Position numbers and translations under genes: made by a program. DNA of 64,000 nt from Bilabrum cf. latius (Eukaryota): assembly GCA_965178125.1 (NCBI GenBank), contig OZ237743.1:1178001-1242000 (forward strand). The letters run 5' to 3'. Of the stretch, positions 1 to 11,966 are shown piece by piece (the first letter of the stretch is position 1; each line of letters opens with the position of its first letter). Under the pieces are notes generated by a model, which worked only from the letters and a program-made list of their open reading frames with translations, had not been told where the DNA came from and searched no databases.

Positions 1-76
1 TAGCGGGATTAAACCACCGGAGATATCAATTTAAATTTATCTATTTATTTATTTTTTTTATAAATAAAAAGATTTT

Positions 77-598
77 TCAACCTTTAATAACCATCCAATT
101 AGCCGACCAATCATTAGAGGAATTACCACCCGTTAAATGAATCGTAAATCCATCGGTTCCTGCTACTACGTGGGAAAATTCAACCGGCTCACTGGCGGGG
201 GTGATTGTAGTAATAAAAACCAAATCACTAGAAGTCATACCCGGAACACTAGCAAATTCAGTAGCACCTCCACCACTCCAATTTACCCTTCCTTTATGCG
301 CTACGGTGTTATTTGCTACTACTTCACCTTTTACGGTTAAATCACATTCGTGACCGTCTTCATCAAAACTCATAACTAAACCAGCAGATGCGGTATTGGC
401 ACCGAATCGTAAAGCTTGACCCGAAGTGATGTAAGAAATACCCTTACTGTCAAGATGTAATCCTGCGTTGCTAACAACTACATCACTACTATTCACAACA
501 GCATTTACATATAGACCACTACTATCTAATCTACCAGTTGCGACATTCTTACATTGAATAGATATATCATTAGGTTGCGATAATCTTGCTAAGCTCAT
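77..598 (-). CDS. Hypothetical 173-aa virophage protein, Gly/Ser/Val-rich, possibly fibre or receptor-binding-like
   Basis: Intact ORF ending TGA, TATATA upstream of ATG. Function inferred from composition only. Confidence 0.6.
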   Translation of the reverse strand: MSLARLSQPNDISIQCKNVATGRLDSSGLYVNAVVNSSDVVVSNAGLHLDSKGISYITSGQALRFGANTASAGLVMSFDEDGHECDLTVKGEVVANNTVAHKGRVNWSGGGATEFASVPGMTSSDLVFITTITPASEPVEFSHVVAGTDGFTIHLTGGNSSNDWSANWMVIKG

Positions 599-651
599 TT
601 TTTGTATATATAAATAAGAGAAAAACTAAAACTTATATCAAACCTATAATA

Positions 652-1359
652 TTAAACTTTCATTAATTTTTTAGCTCTATCTACGGCGTCCATAAAGCTA
701 TCTTTTAATGTTGGTTCATTCCATAATACAAACCTAGACCAAAAAGCGGGGGATTTATAGTCTTTAAAGTCTTCATTTATTGAATGTCTTTTAATATAAT
801 TTTTCTTTTTACGGTTTGCTTCCTTCTCTCCATCTTTATTATAATATTGTATAAAGTCCATATAAGGGGTACCATCATTCTTAATTCCACCAAAATGAAC
901 AGTAAACAGAATATTATTACCTTGAACTACTTTAATCATATATTTTTTATTTGATTTAGTTGATTTATATAAATTAAAAACTGGTTTAGGTCTAAATGAT
1001 TTCACGTGTCCGTTATTAAATTTTTCCTTCATTGCTTCCTCTATTTCTTCCGTGTCTAATTCTCCAAAGGTTAAAGGGGTCTCTTTATTTATTCTTTTAG
1101 TGGGTCTATATATATCTCCTTTTTCCTAATATCCCTTTTCTCCCTTCTAATTCTTCCAATCCTCTAATTTCCACCTTCTTAAATTTTTCTATGCTTCATT
1201 TAATTTAATTTTATCATATGTCCCCCCTAGTTTTTTATAACGAGCAAAATATGCTAATGAACGATAAGCTGAAGGCTTTTTATACGTTCTATTTACTTTC
1301 TCAACTGCCTGACGCCATAATTTAGGACTATTAACATAATTAGGTATATTATCATTCAT
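652..1359 (-). CDS. 235-aa protein fusing two small domains typical of giant viruses (DUF5872-like + DUF5754-like)
   Basis: With TAG=Q the 652..1032 ORF extends to ATG 1359. Motifs PSAYRS..YKKLGG..RW..E.W..YRP..RI..TP.T..EL, then KKYM..VHFG..YMDF..RH..SPAFWS..LW. Confidence 0.6.
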
Positions 1360-1367
1360 CTATATAA

Positions 1368-1526
1368 TTAATAAAATGATAATTTTTTAATTGCGTGAGC
1401 CGTTTTCTTTCTATATTCTTCATAGAGTCTTTTATTATTTGGATTCTTCATTAATTTATTTTTTACCTTCTTTAATGCCTTCTTAATAGCATACTAAACA
1501 AAGATATTACTAATAATATTAATCAT
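1368..1526 (-). CDS. Small basic 52-aa hypothetical protein
   Basis: ATG 1526 to TAA 1368 with one internal TAG; fills the gap between neighbours; TATATA upstream. Confidence 0.45.
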
Positions 1527-1553
1527 ATATTATATAATTAATAAATATTTAAT

Positions 1554-3505
1554 TCAAAGCATTAAACCGCCTTTTTTTCCTTTCCTTGATATAATTTCTT
1601 CTTTTTCATTTACGACCATTAAATCATTCTATCCGTGGATAATTAATTTCTATCCTTCTTCATTAATCTATTCTTTTTTATATTCACCTAATTCTTTACC
1701 TACTTTAAAATTTAATCTTTTGTTAAATGTGATACTGTCGGTGTGAATTCGTATAATATGTTTAGCGTTGTTCTTATTCACTTTCTTCATCAATCGTTGT
1801 CTTCCATATGCCAGAATAAAAGGTTTCAATTTTCCCCAGCTATATTTAAAGGGTACTTTATGTTTCAAATGATAAATAAATTCTCCGTCATTATCCATTT
1901 CTACACGGTCAATATCAAATTTATCTATATTTATTTTTTTATCGTCTTTTGATGTAATTGTCTTTTTAGAGGAACTACATAATTTACCCCATAATGAATT
2001 TAATATTTCTTTTGCTAGATATGATTTGCTTTTTAATTTGTAGAACATTGAGACATAGGATTTAAAAAGTGTTTCACTTTTGATATATTTATCATAGGTC
2101 ATAAAATTAAATTCGTCGCTTGACATCTCTATCTCACAACCATATTTAACAAACATATTCATATCTGTAAAGACATAATAAGTAAATTCATTTTCAAATA
2201 CCTTCATCATTTGAAAGATATTCGGGTCGCATTTTCCACGGCTTACCTTACATTTATAAATCCCTATTTCGTTTTTATTATTTATATATTTATTATCAAT
2301 TGTTTTATCGCGCGAAAATGCCATCGGCGAGCACACACCCGGGAGACCGTGGCGCAAGCAGCAGCCGAGCCCAACGGACCGAAGTCCCATCGATGTGCCG
2401 AGAAAGATGGATCACATCGAAGTAAATATTGGTTCGGATCCACTGGAGCGCCAAGTAGGCCGAGGATGGATGCACGATGTAGGCCGAACGGACCCACATG
2501 GACACGCGCGATAGTTGACACGGCGTTAAGCACTACCCGTGTGAGCACCAAACCGAACATAAATACTAAACAAAACAACGGCATGAGCCGGAACGGCCAC
2601 TGCCGCGCTGCCCCGCCCCCTTCCCTAAGGAAGGAGACGAGGGAATGCCTCGCAAGCTGCTGGTCGCACTGGCGGTTGCAACCTCGCGTTGGTAGACCGG
2701 AGCCTGTGTTCGAGTCTCGAACGCATCGCCACATCAACCCCGAACCCCATTCGGCGTTAGCATTAGGATTTCCATATGGTAGTAGTGAATTAGATGACAT
2801 AATGGCGGGGTAATGACTATTTATATCGTAGGTGATAAACTCCTCATATTGTCCCTTCTTGTGATATTGAATCCCGCCACGCGTTGAACCTTCAATAAAT
2901 ACCGCTTCCTCTGGGGTTATATCTGGTGGGCTATCTATCATCATATTAAACATTGTAAAGAAATGAAGGGCTGTTTGTCTGATTCCATATTTCATTACAT
3001 CTAATGATGGGTTCTCGTCGTGTAATTCATCACTTGCTATACTCAGCCTTAAGCTCCATTCTTTGATATCTTCATCCTCTGGGCATTCGTGAATGGTGTA
3101 ATGAAGATAATATTTCTTTGAATGATAATCGGTCAGGCTCTCAACTCTATATTTATCTTTTTCAATTATTTCGGCTTTATCGGTTAATTTAACAACCATA
3201 GATTTATGGCACCGCACAAATAAAGGTTTCATCCTCTAGACGGCTTTAAATGAACCATCTTTATATTCTAAACAAACCCTTTTAAAACTCTCTTTTTTCC
3301 TACTTAGATAATAGACCTTTATATCGTCTTTCTCTCTAATCTCTATATCCATTTTTAGACCTGAAACAAGTTTATAAAGGTTCTTTGTAGTTATGGGCTT
3401 ACCGTTAAATACCTTTTCTAGATACTTCACGGATTGAATGGGGTTATCATACTTTTTACCAAAGCATATATTTAATTGATTTAACACATTTTCGTAATTT
3501 ATCAT
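1554..3505 (-). pseudogene. Protein-primed family B DNA polymerase (~498 aa when restored), frameshifted by a 455-bp insertion at 2309-2763
   Basis: Motif A YDINSHYPAIM...LPYGNP, motif B KEILNSLWGK, motif C IHTDSI. ORFs 3236..3505 and 2282..3232 join over TAG. Removing 2309-2763 restores the frame (PYGNP-NKTIDNK). Stop is TGA at 1554. Confidence 0.85.
2309..2763. mobile_element. GC-rich non-coding insertion inside the polymerase gene (nested non-autonomous element or solo retroelement repeat)
   Basis: Abrupt GC-rich island in an AT-rich gene; AT dinucleotide at both junctions (2307-8, 2762-3); length not a multiple of 3; no GT-AG ends. Confidence 0.7.
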
Positions 3506-3583
3506 TTCCTATAGTATATTATATTTAATATATTTTTAAGCCATTTTAAACACATATTATAAAGTTTAAATTATAAAATGTAA

Positions 3584-3928
3584 TTATTGTTTCGGAGCAG
3601 TGAGGATTAATATAAATCTCTTCACTTGCTCATCGCTTAAGAAGGTATAACGAGAAGAAGGACTGAATAACATTACATCATCCTTTAATTTAAATGGTGA
3701 ACCAGTTCGCCAGCCTATGGGGTAGAGAGAGCTAACATACGCATCATAATTCTTTAAATGGGGCTTTTGTTTTAATAACCTCTAGATATATTTTTTTAAT
3801 AAAGTCTTCATTTCTAAATCATTATATCCATTATCATTTTCACGAAGAGGGAACACAAAATTATATACGGGCTTATTGTTTTTAACAAGTTGAGTTCTAA
3901 CGATTTGAATATCACTTAATTTAACCAT
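3584..3928 (-). CDS. 114-aa hypothetical protein with GWRTG motif, immediately upstream of pPolB
   Basis: ATG 3928 to TAA 3584 with one internal TAG; absent from the standard-code track. Confidence 0.65.
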
Positions 3929-3977
3929 TTTTATATATATAACCTATAGATATTTTATTTTTAAGCCAAATAGACGC

Positions 3978-3994
3978 GTTTAAAATGACTTAAA
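3978..3994 (+). promoter_or_regulatory. Conserved upstream motif GTTTAAAATGACTTAAA (putative promoter); minus-strand copies at 3535-3551, 5472-5488, 6077-6093, 19209-19225, 20318-20334
   Basis: Six near-identical copies, each 28-29 nt upstream of an ATG and oriented with the gene. Confidence 0.75.
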
Positions 3995-4022
3995 GATTTT
4001 ATTTTATTATAATATATATAGA

Positions 4023-4568
4023 ATGTCAAAATTTTAGAGTTATGAACCAAGCGAATTAATGGAACTTTTAGAAGAGGGAGCCATAAAGAAAGCCAAGAAA
4101 TATATTAATCAATTCTTCTTTAAAACTTTTAAAGGGATATTTTTTAATAATACCGTAGAAGATAAATTTGAACTGGTGGATGAAGACGAATTGAATGGTT
4201 TGTATCTAACCCCTGATATGAAGACCGACAGCGCCAAAAATCCATTTGTTCCATACATTTATATGTTTTCCAGTGAGCCCCCGATTTATTATACAGGAGA
4301 TTTTGAGAGTAAAGACCCCATAATGACAATTAAAAAGAAGGACAAACCCATCAAATATATTAATTTGTCATACGGTCAATTTATACCCGATGAAGTAGAG
4401 GAACCAGAAGAAGAAGAAGAACCAATAAGACCCAAGAAAAAGACTAAGAAGAGGAACAAGAAGAAACAAAAACGTGATAATAATAGAAATGTTGAGAAAC
4501 CAGATGATGAAGATGATGATGAAGAAGCCTTTAGAGAGCAACTTCAAGAAGCATTAAAAGATTTCTAA
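4023..4568 (+). CDS. 181-aa hypothetical protein with acidic/basic low-complexity C-terminus
   Basis: ORF 4059..4568 extends to ATG 4023 across one TAG; promoter motif 28 nt upstream. Confidence 0.75.
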
Positions 4569-4632
4569 ATAATTTAATATTTATACTAATATTAAATATG
4601 ATATCTTTATTAATAGTTGAACACCTTGACCA

Positions 4633-4810
4633 TCTAATAAAAGGGCTAGAATATTAAAATATATATGGTTATCTCTATAATAAAATCCATACGATGGCTA
4701 TATCCACAAATTGCGTATTAGTATATGTATTATTTAGCAAAACGTGGATGGATTAGTTTTATGAAGATGATTTGATTGATATCGTATTTCTAGCCCAAAA
4801 GTTCCATCAC
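4633..4810. repeat. Dispersed intergenic element, copy A (inverted relative to B and C)
   Basis: Reverse complement matches 9156-9334 and 20449-20580 (core CATCCACGTTTTG...TACGCAATTTGTGGATATAGCCATCGTATGG). Confidence 0.85.
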
Positions 4811-4890
4811 TTTAGAAGGTTGTAATATAGCCCCTTCTAACTCCCATCATCAATATGTTAAATATTAATTTTATCATTAATATCTAATTA

Positions 4891-5442
4891 TTATTTACCA
4901 ATATGACATTTATAACAAATTGAATATTTCATATCTTTAATTCTAGACACTCCGCATTTTTTACACGCCTTTTTTCCATATTTTGTAATCGTATAACAAG
5001 ACTTACAGGTTGTCCTCCAATCACCTCTAAGCATTTTACAAAGACACACATCACATCTTTTTTCATTCCTCTTTTTTTCCTCTAACTTTTTCTATTTCTT
5101 TTCTAACTCAATATGTCTTATTCCTTCACAGTGCTTATTATATCGGTCTCTTGCGACATCTTTTTTACATATTCCACACCACTAATATAAACATTTTTTA
5201 CGAATTTGATTTTCTTTATCCTTTATCATCTACTTTATACAACTAGAACCCACTTTAAAAACATATCCACTAGGGGTATGCTCTATTTCGTGCTCGGTTC
5301 GTATCTCGTGCCCACAAATACAATTACCCAATTTATCACCTTGAATAACGGTTGAGCCAATATGAATTAATTTCTTCTAAATGTCCATCCACTTTATATT
5401 ACCGGTATGTTCCTATATTTGTTCAATACACTTTTTACACAT
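4891..5442 (-). CDS. 183-aa multi-zinc-finger protein
   Basis: ATG 5442 to TAA 4891 with TAG=Q. CICGHEI...VGSSCI, CGIC..HCEGIRH and several CxxC pairs; promoter motif 29 nt upstream. Confidence 0.75.
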
Positions 5443-5593
5443 TCTCTATATAATATCTATATAATATAATCTTTAAGTCATTTTAAACGCGTTATATTAT
5501 AAATTAGGGGCTTAAAAATAGACACTATAGATATAAGTGATTATAATAATTAATATTATTAAAATATTAATTAATTAGACCGGTTAAATAGTT

Positions 5594-5706
5594 CTTTGGA
5601 AAGTATGAACCTACTTTGAAAAGTATGAACCAACTTCGGAAAGTATGAACCTACTTTGAAAAGTGTGAACCAACTTCGAAAAGTATGAACCTACTTTGGA
5701 AAGTAT
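5594..5706. repeat. Tandem array of ~5.6 x 20-bp units (CTTTGGAAAGTATGAACCTA)
   Basis: Directly visible; alternating CTA/CAA variants; TACTTT-NN-AAAGTA dyads across unit junctions. Confidence 0.9.
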
Positions 5707-5757
5707 CATTCACAGGTCATATATTTATTTAATATGTATAAATAAATAATAAAATGA

Positions 5758-6048
5758 TTATCTTGCCTTATATAATTGAATGGGTTTCTTTTCTAATAGA
5801 CAAACAGCCAAATAATGAAGTACAATGTCATCATCTCTATACTTATTCCTCGTCTATATAATACATTTATAGGTTGAATATTTGAGATATAATAGCTTCT
5901 CTCTACTGTCTTTTTTTAATTGATTGGTGATTTCTTTTACCTAATCACTGTTTGTAAAAATTACGGTCAAAACTCCATCAATTTCTGTCTGGATATAGAC
6001 ATCGTGTGTAGGCGGTAGATTCTCAATAATTTTATTTAACTTTTCCAT
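5758..6048 (-). CDS. 96-aa hypothetical protein
   Basis: ATG 6048 to TAA 5758 with two TAG; promoter motif 28 nt upstream. Confidence 0.65.
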
Positions 6049-6095
6049 TTGATATATATTAGTTAGTTAATATATATTTAAGTCATTTTAAACGT

Positions 6096-7985
6096 TTAAG
6101 ATGTGCTTAAAAGGGCCTCGAGATCTTCCCCACGCATAGCCTAGCCACCACGCATCGTAAGTTTTCCACCAAGCTTATTCAATTCTCCTCCACTATTTCC
6201 ATATCCATAATGTGCCGCCGCTTTGCCAATAGCGCTATTGTCTCCTGTTAGACTTTTGAGTGGTCCTATATTCCTAATGGTTTTCGCTAGGTTTTTAGCC
6301 TAATCACTTTTTGCCCAATCTTTAACCTGATTCCATCCGTGTTTAAAGGCTCGTCCAATCTTAGACCAGAAACGACCTTTTCCACCCATAACATTAGCAT
6401 AATTATCTAAATCCTCAAATACAGGCTAGAAACCTTTAGAACCACTTTCAGCATCACCACGTTTAGCAAGTTCAGAAAGCACTTTAGAAGGCTCAATAAG
6501 GGCGCCAGCCTCAGTATAGACACCGTTATCATTCACAAGAACATTATCATAAAACATCCATACTTTTATCTCGTATTTATCCTCATACGCACCATCCGCA
6601 TATTTATTATAAGGGTTGAAGCACTGAAGATTAACTTTAAGATTAAATCCAGTATTTACATTAGATTGAACACCAGCAAGTGTAGCAACATCTGAAGGTT
6701 TTAAAATCATATAGCAACCAGTACCGCGGTTTCCATCACTTCCATCAATTGATGAACCATAAAAGGATGAAGGAGGAAGAGCATATCCGTTCTTTCTACT
6801 AATTCTATATAATTCGTGTGGATTATCTACAGCCCCTAATTCCTCAGCGCTTCCATTGAGTGAGAAACCTATTCTTCTAATTGGTAAAGTTCTATTAGCC
6901 CAGTTAGGGTTATCATCACAACCAACAAGGCGGGCACATACCATAATAGCACTAGGGATACCATTCTCACGGGATAATTGATAATCAAAAGAAGTTAAAG
7001 AATTTTCAGTTGCGGATTTAGGTACAGGGACAGGCGCCTAAGACTAAAATTTAATTGTAGGCATATTATACATACAACGAGTCGGGGGGGCGTATCCACT
7101 CTAAAATTCAACTTCATCAACAAGAAGGGTCGTATTTGTTTCTCCTATAATTGACTAACCCGTTATTTTGTTAATATCTCCGTTATCTTTTGTAAAACTA
7201 GCCTTACACAGTCTTTGAATGGCATTTACGTGATAATCTAAATCAACCTGAAGGCTTCTCACACCGGTGAAATATTTAGCATTCACATCAACATCTGCTC
7301 CTTTTAGTGGTATAGCTTCTTGAAAATCAATAGTCCAATCAATTTGGTCTCTATTACCCGCAACGAAATCAGCATTTACAGTCGTAAAAGCATTCCCATA
7401 TGCTCCACGATAACTAAAGCTATCACCGGCACTATATCCAACATCCTAACCCCAAGCTAAAGGATTTTTAAGGGTATCACTTACTTCACGATAATCACCA
7501 ACAGTGTCAGGGCGTCCAACGGGTGAGATTGTGGATAAGGTTTCTTCACTGTTCATAACTTCGGTAGGTTCAGCCCATTCATAAACTTTTACTGTAAAAG
7601 GCTATCCATTAATTGTTAAAACACCACCTTGAAGCATTTTAAAGGTAGGTAATGAATTAGTTCCAAACCTAGATTTAAGATAAGATTGAGCGGTAATAGC
7701 ATCACCTCCAGCAGTTTGAGCTGGCACTGCTTGCTCTAGTTGTAGCCTAACTGTCATACGATGACGAAGACGAATAAACCTTGATACGGTTTTACTAGTA
7801 GGATTAACGGGGAAAGAAAGGGGAAGAAGAGAATTAGATTGATTAGATGATGGTCTAATTTCTCGGCGGGTATATTTTTGAACACCTAGTTCTGTTCCTA
7901 AACTAGCATCTTCAGGGGTTATCATTTGAAGGCTTTTAGGAGCCTTAATGCTTACTGGTAAATTCTGAACCATTTGTTGAGCCAT
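6096..7985 (-). CDS. Virophage major capsid protein (double jelly-roll), 629 aa
   Basis: One frame with 9 TAG and no TAA/TGA until 6096. Mavirus-MCP-like motifs ELYRISRKNGY, G.G..ILKPSD, VMGG, IRNIGPLK, YGYG. Confidence 0.92.
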
Positions 7986-8056
7986 TTTTTTATATATACA
8001 CTATAGATATAAATTTTTTAATATCTAAACATATTTTATAATCTTCTATAATTTAT

Positions 8057-9010
8057 TTAAAAATCTAAACTTAAATTATCGGTTTGTTTTTTAAATACTT
8101 GTTTAATGTGAGCTTCACCCCCGTTAAAATTCATTACGGGATACTTTTCATTTTGTTTATCAACCCAGTAGAACGCCATTGACACGCTCTTAAAGCTTCT
8201 ATCCTTCATCATTGAATACCAGCGGTAAGGATTAGAAACATATAATATATTTTCTATTGGTGAGCTGTCATTAGGATTATACGGGTAGCTGGTTAATATA
8301 GGGGATTTATTGACGGCTATAGAGCCACCAGTAGATGATTTTGTGGTCACCAATTCTTTATTCACTGGAATATCACTTTCTACGATAATAGATTTAACAG
8401 GGCACCAAGAATTTAAATTCGTCTATCTAGCCATAAAAACATAATCACCACTAGCAGGGGAATTATTATATGAAAGTTTAGCAAATAAATCACTCGGTGT
8501 GGTTGTTATTCCTTCATATTCAAATTTATCAAATAAAGCAAAAGCTTCAAAATTAACAAATAAATAATAATTATCTCTAAAATCTTCAGTTGTTGATAAA
8601 CTCCATTTATTATTTTCAAATTTAAAGACTGGTTTATCACCACTTGGAAGGCTTACCAAATCACAAATTCGGCTTAACTCTTCATTAAATTCATTTACAA
8701 TATCCTAATATGAATAATAAAATTTAGCTTTTTTACCTAGAACTATATAATCGCCTGCTCTGGCTCCTGATGTTTTATTCTCAAGAGTAAATTTTAAATA
8801 GGTTTTACCGCTGTCATCCTAATATTCAGGTTTAAACACCGGTAGCATAAATTTATTTAAATCCATCTCTTCAACAGCCGTTAAATAATTTTCACTTTGT
8901 TTTAATATTAAGCCTTCACGGGTTTCATTCACTACCGCCTATCTCGTCTAATTGTGGGGGACAGATGAACTAACTAAATTCAATCTTACAAATTCATCGC
9001 TATAACTCAT
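8057..9010 (-). CDS. Virophage minor capsid (penton) protein, 317 aa
   Basis: Fragments join over TAG. NYLTAVEE..LPVFKP, PVFKF..STTEDFR, PVKSIIVESDIPV resemble mavirus penton; lies between protease and MCP. Confidence 0.85.
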
Positions 9011-9155
9011 TTTATTTATATATTAAAGCTATACAAATAAATATTTATTAATAAACCTTATCTAATATTTCACCTTGATTTTTACCCTTCACTTTTACCA
9101 ATATATTTAAAAGTTTGATTGAATTTAGATGGATGAAAAATAGCCCTTCTAAAAC

Positions 9156-9334
9156 GATGGAACTTTTCTAAATAAAAGGGCTTATATCTTCATTTCACCT
9201 TCACAAGAGGCCCTACATCCACGTTTTGCTAGAAAACACTATAATATATACGCAATTTGTGGATATAGCCATCGTATGGATTTTATTTTAGAGATAATCA
9301 TATTTTATTATTTTATTCTAGCCCTTTTATTAGA
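9156..9334. repeat. Dispersed intergenic element, copy B
   Basis: Matches copies A and C; lies between protease stop and penton start. Confidence 0.85.
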
Positions 9335-9346
9335 AGGGCGGGGTAT

Positions 9347-9922
9347 TCAATGTAGAAGCAACGCCACTAACTAATCAGGACTAAGAGCCATAATTTTGGA
9401 TATTCTAAACATTTCATTTACAAACTAATCATTAGTTAAGAATGAGAAAACAGTTCTTAATAATGCCCATCTTCCACAAGTAGCACTCTAATTAGCATAA
9501 CTCTAAATAGGTTTATTATTATAGTCAATTTTCCAGCCGTGTAATTTCTACGTCAATAAATATTTAACTAGTGTGTTCTCTTCTCCTTCTCCTTGATACA
9601 ATTGGTTTCTATTAATAAATGGTTTCTATTGGTCGGGTTTTTCTCCATAGCTATCAAAAAAATAAATAGTTTTATTATTTTCGTCCTAAGTAAGAGCGCA
9701 ATAATGACCGTATGTGCTATTTAGTCCCGTCTTTTTATTAGGATAATAAATAATTACGCCGTCATAACCATCAAAAATATGTTCAATAGATGAGGTCTAT
9801 TTAATAATATCATCGTAAATAACTATTCTAGGTTTGTAATTCAAATGTGCTACACCTAATTTTTGAATTTCTAAAGGAGATAACGGTGTTTGGACTAGTC
9901 TATTTAAGTCGTTTATGTTCAT
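9347..9922 (-). CDS. Adenain-like maturation cysteine protease, 191 aa
   Basis: Invisible in the standard code (8 TAG). GHYCAL (His), FFDSYG (Asp), YNNKPI-Q(TAG)-S...ATCGRW (oxyanion Gln, catalytic Cys); ends TGA. Confidence 0.93.
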
Positions 9923-9930
9923 TTATATAT

Positions 9931-11001
9931 TCAATAGAGAAATATTTTTTTTGTGCTAACTACATAATTATTATCAACATTAATAGCAACATAACCAAAG
10001 AGAGGGAGAGAATGAAGGGTTTTTTTAATTCGTTTTCTAGTAGGAGCGTCAAAACTTAAGACTGTTTCTAAAATATATTTTAAACTTTTAGCTGTAATTG
10101 TTTTATAAATGATATGGGTTGTAATTTCGTTCATAATGGTTCGTGTCTTCATACCGTCGCTTATTTTGTGGGTGATGTCTAAAACGCTACTTGCTGTGTG
10201 CCTTCCTGTAGTTGCTAGGATTTCCAATAAAAAATAAGCCTTTGCTTTCTGGTTCCTTTTTTTAAAGCCTTCGTAATCATCCAGAATAAATAAATTAGGT
10301 TCAGCGGTCAATTTTTTAAAAAACTCAACATTTAATTTAAAACCTTTTTCTATTAAATCTTTCTCAGGTTTCAAATCCTCTATCTTTCTTTCAGCTTCAA
10401 TAACAACATCTAAAGGTTTAGATTTCATCAAAGAAGATTTCTTATATTTAAATTCTAATTTCATTTTTTTATAATAAGCCATTTTTTCCTTATATAAAGT
10501 GTTTTCATTCTCTTTAACCAAATCATCTATATCAATGAAGGTCGCGCCTTCTCTTTTATATTTAGGGTCTTGAATTGGTGATATAACATACATATTTTTA
10601 TATTTTAATCCTCTATACATCCTTATATAATGTAAAGCTAAATGACTTTTCCCGCTTCCACTCTTACCAAATAATCGCACATATTCACGCCCCTATGGAA
10701 AGAGCATAGGAAAAGGTAAATATTGACTATTATCTTTAATCGCAAATTCCTAAACTGACCGTATATATTCATCTTGTAATAGTTTATGTAATTGTTCCCT
10801 TTTCTTGTCCTTATCAACGTTATATCTTACTCGGCTTTCTCCGTAATAAGATTTTAAAACATCATCTGTTATCTCTTCCGCTTTGACGTGTTGAATATCT
10901 TTAGCGTTCGGGTCGTAATAAATAAACCGGTTCTATTGTGTTTTTTTGTATTTTTGAATAGCTACAATATGGCTATTTTCCGTATATTGTAAAGATAGCA
11001 T
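9931..11001 (-). CDS. FtsK/HerA (A32-like) genome packaging ATPase, 356 aa
   Basis: Walker A GKSGSGKS, Walker B FILDD, GRH arginine finger; extends to ATG 11001 over TAGs. Confidence 0.92.
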
Positions 11002-11093
11002 TATATATAATAATAAAATAAAATAAACCATTTATTCACACGGGTTTAAAATATTAAGTTGGTTCCTTCTTCTATCCTTCCTCACAAAAAAAG

Positions 11094-11909
11094 TTATAGA
11101 GACATAATTATATTTTTAATTTCCGCCCGTGTTTTCCTATTTATGTATTGGTCAATCCACGATATTATCTTATTAATATTTGCTTTAGAATACTTTGAAA
11201 ATTGTTTTATTATTTCCACATTTCCTAATGCTTTTCTCATTAGTCCTTTTAGGCTTTGAAATGATTTTGACTTCTCGCTTTGATGTCCTTTTATTCTTAG
11301 CATACTTTCTAATCGCATTCTTATGGAATATAAATATCCTAATGCTTCCCTATCAATTAAATCATTGACTCTTTTTTCATTCCTCTTCTCACCTCTTAAT
11401 TTAAATAAATCCTTCAATCGTTTTAATACTTTAAAATTATTAGAACCAAAATATTTATCTACATCTCTTATTAATCCATCTTTTACCTCGTCCTAATCTA
11501 TTTCATAATCACTTATATGATAAATTATGCTTATTTCATCTATAAATTTTCCATCAAAAGCCCAAAAATCAATTTTTAAGTATGGTTTATCTCCGCTAAA
11601 TATCTATTTATAAATGGTTTTAACGGGTGTAGATATGAATGCTTTTATGGTCTTGTATTTTTTATTACCAGCTTTAACCTCAATAAAATTAACCTAACTT
11701 ATAAAAACCTTTACAAATCTTATTAAACTATTTATAAATTCAGGCTCTACCCTCTAATATAAATCTATATCACTAGCAAACAAGGAATAATAAGGAATAG
11801 CATACGAACCATTTAAAAATAAATTAGCCCCCTTCTTAAAATTCACCTCATCAAATATATCGTTCTCGTATTCATTAAAATAAGCTTGTGTCAATTCATT
11901 AATTTTCAT
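11094..11909 (-). CDS. 271-aa protein with Pol-beta-type nucleotidyltransferase signature
   Basis: With TAG=Q: LNGSYAIPYYSLFASDIDLY (GS-x11-DxD), FIEVKAG, YLKIDF, KVLKR; directly upstream of the ATPase. Confidence 0.65.
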
Positions 11910-11966
11910 TATATATTATAAGTATGGATAAATAACAAATTATATATACCCAATATATACAATAAT

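Noticed and set aside
1-76. Left terminal inverted repeat
   Set aside because: No inverted match to 20600-21320; the element probably continues beyond the window, so the absence of a helicase/primase gene cannot be claimed.
2309-2763. Spliceosomal intron, intein or real ORFs (2211..2813 +, 2305..2505 -)
   Set aside because: No GT/AG at frame-restoring positions, length not a multiple of 3, and the ORFs are by-products of high GC.
5594-5706. CRISPR array
   Set aside because: Units are contiguous with no unique spacers, and there are no cas genes.
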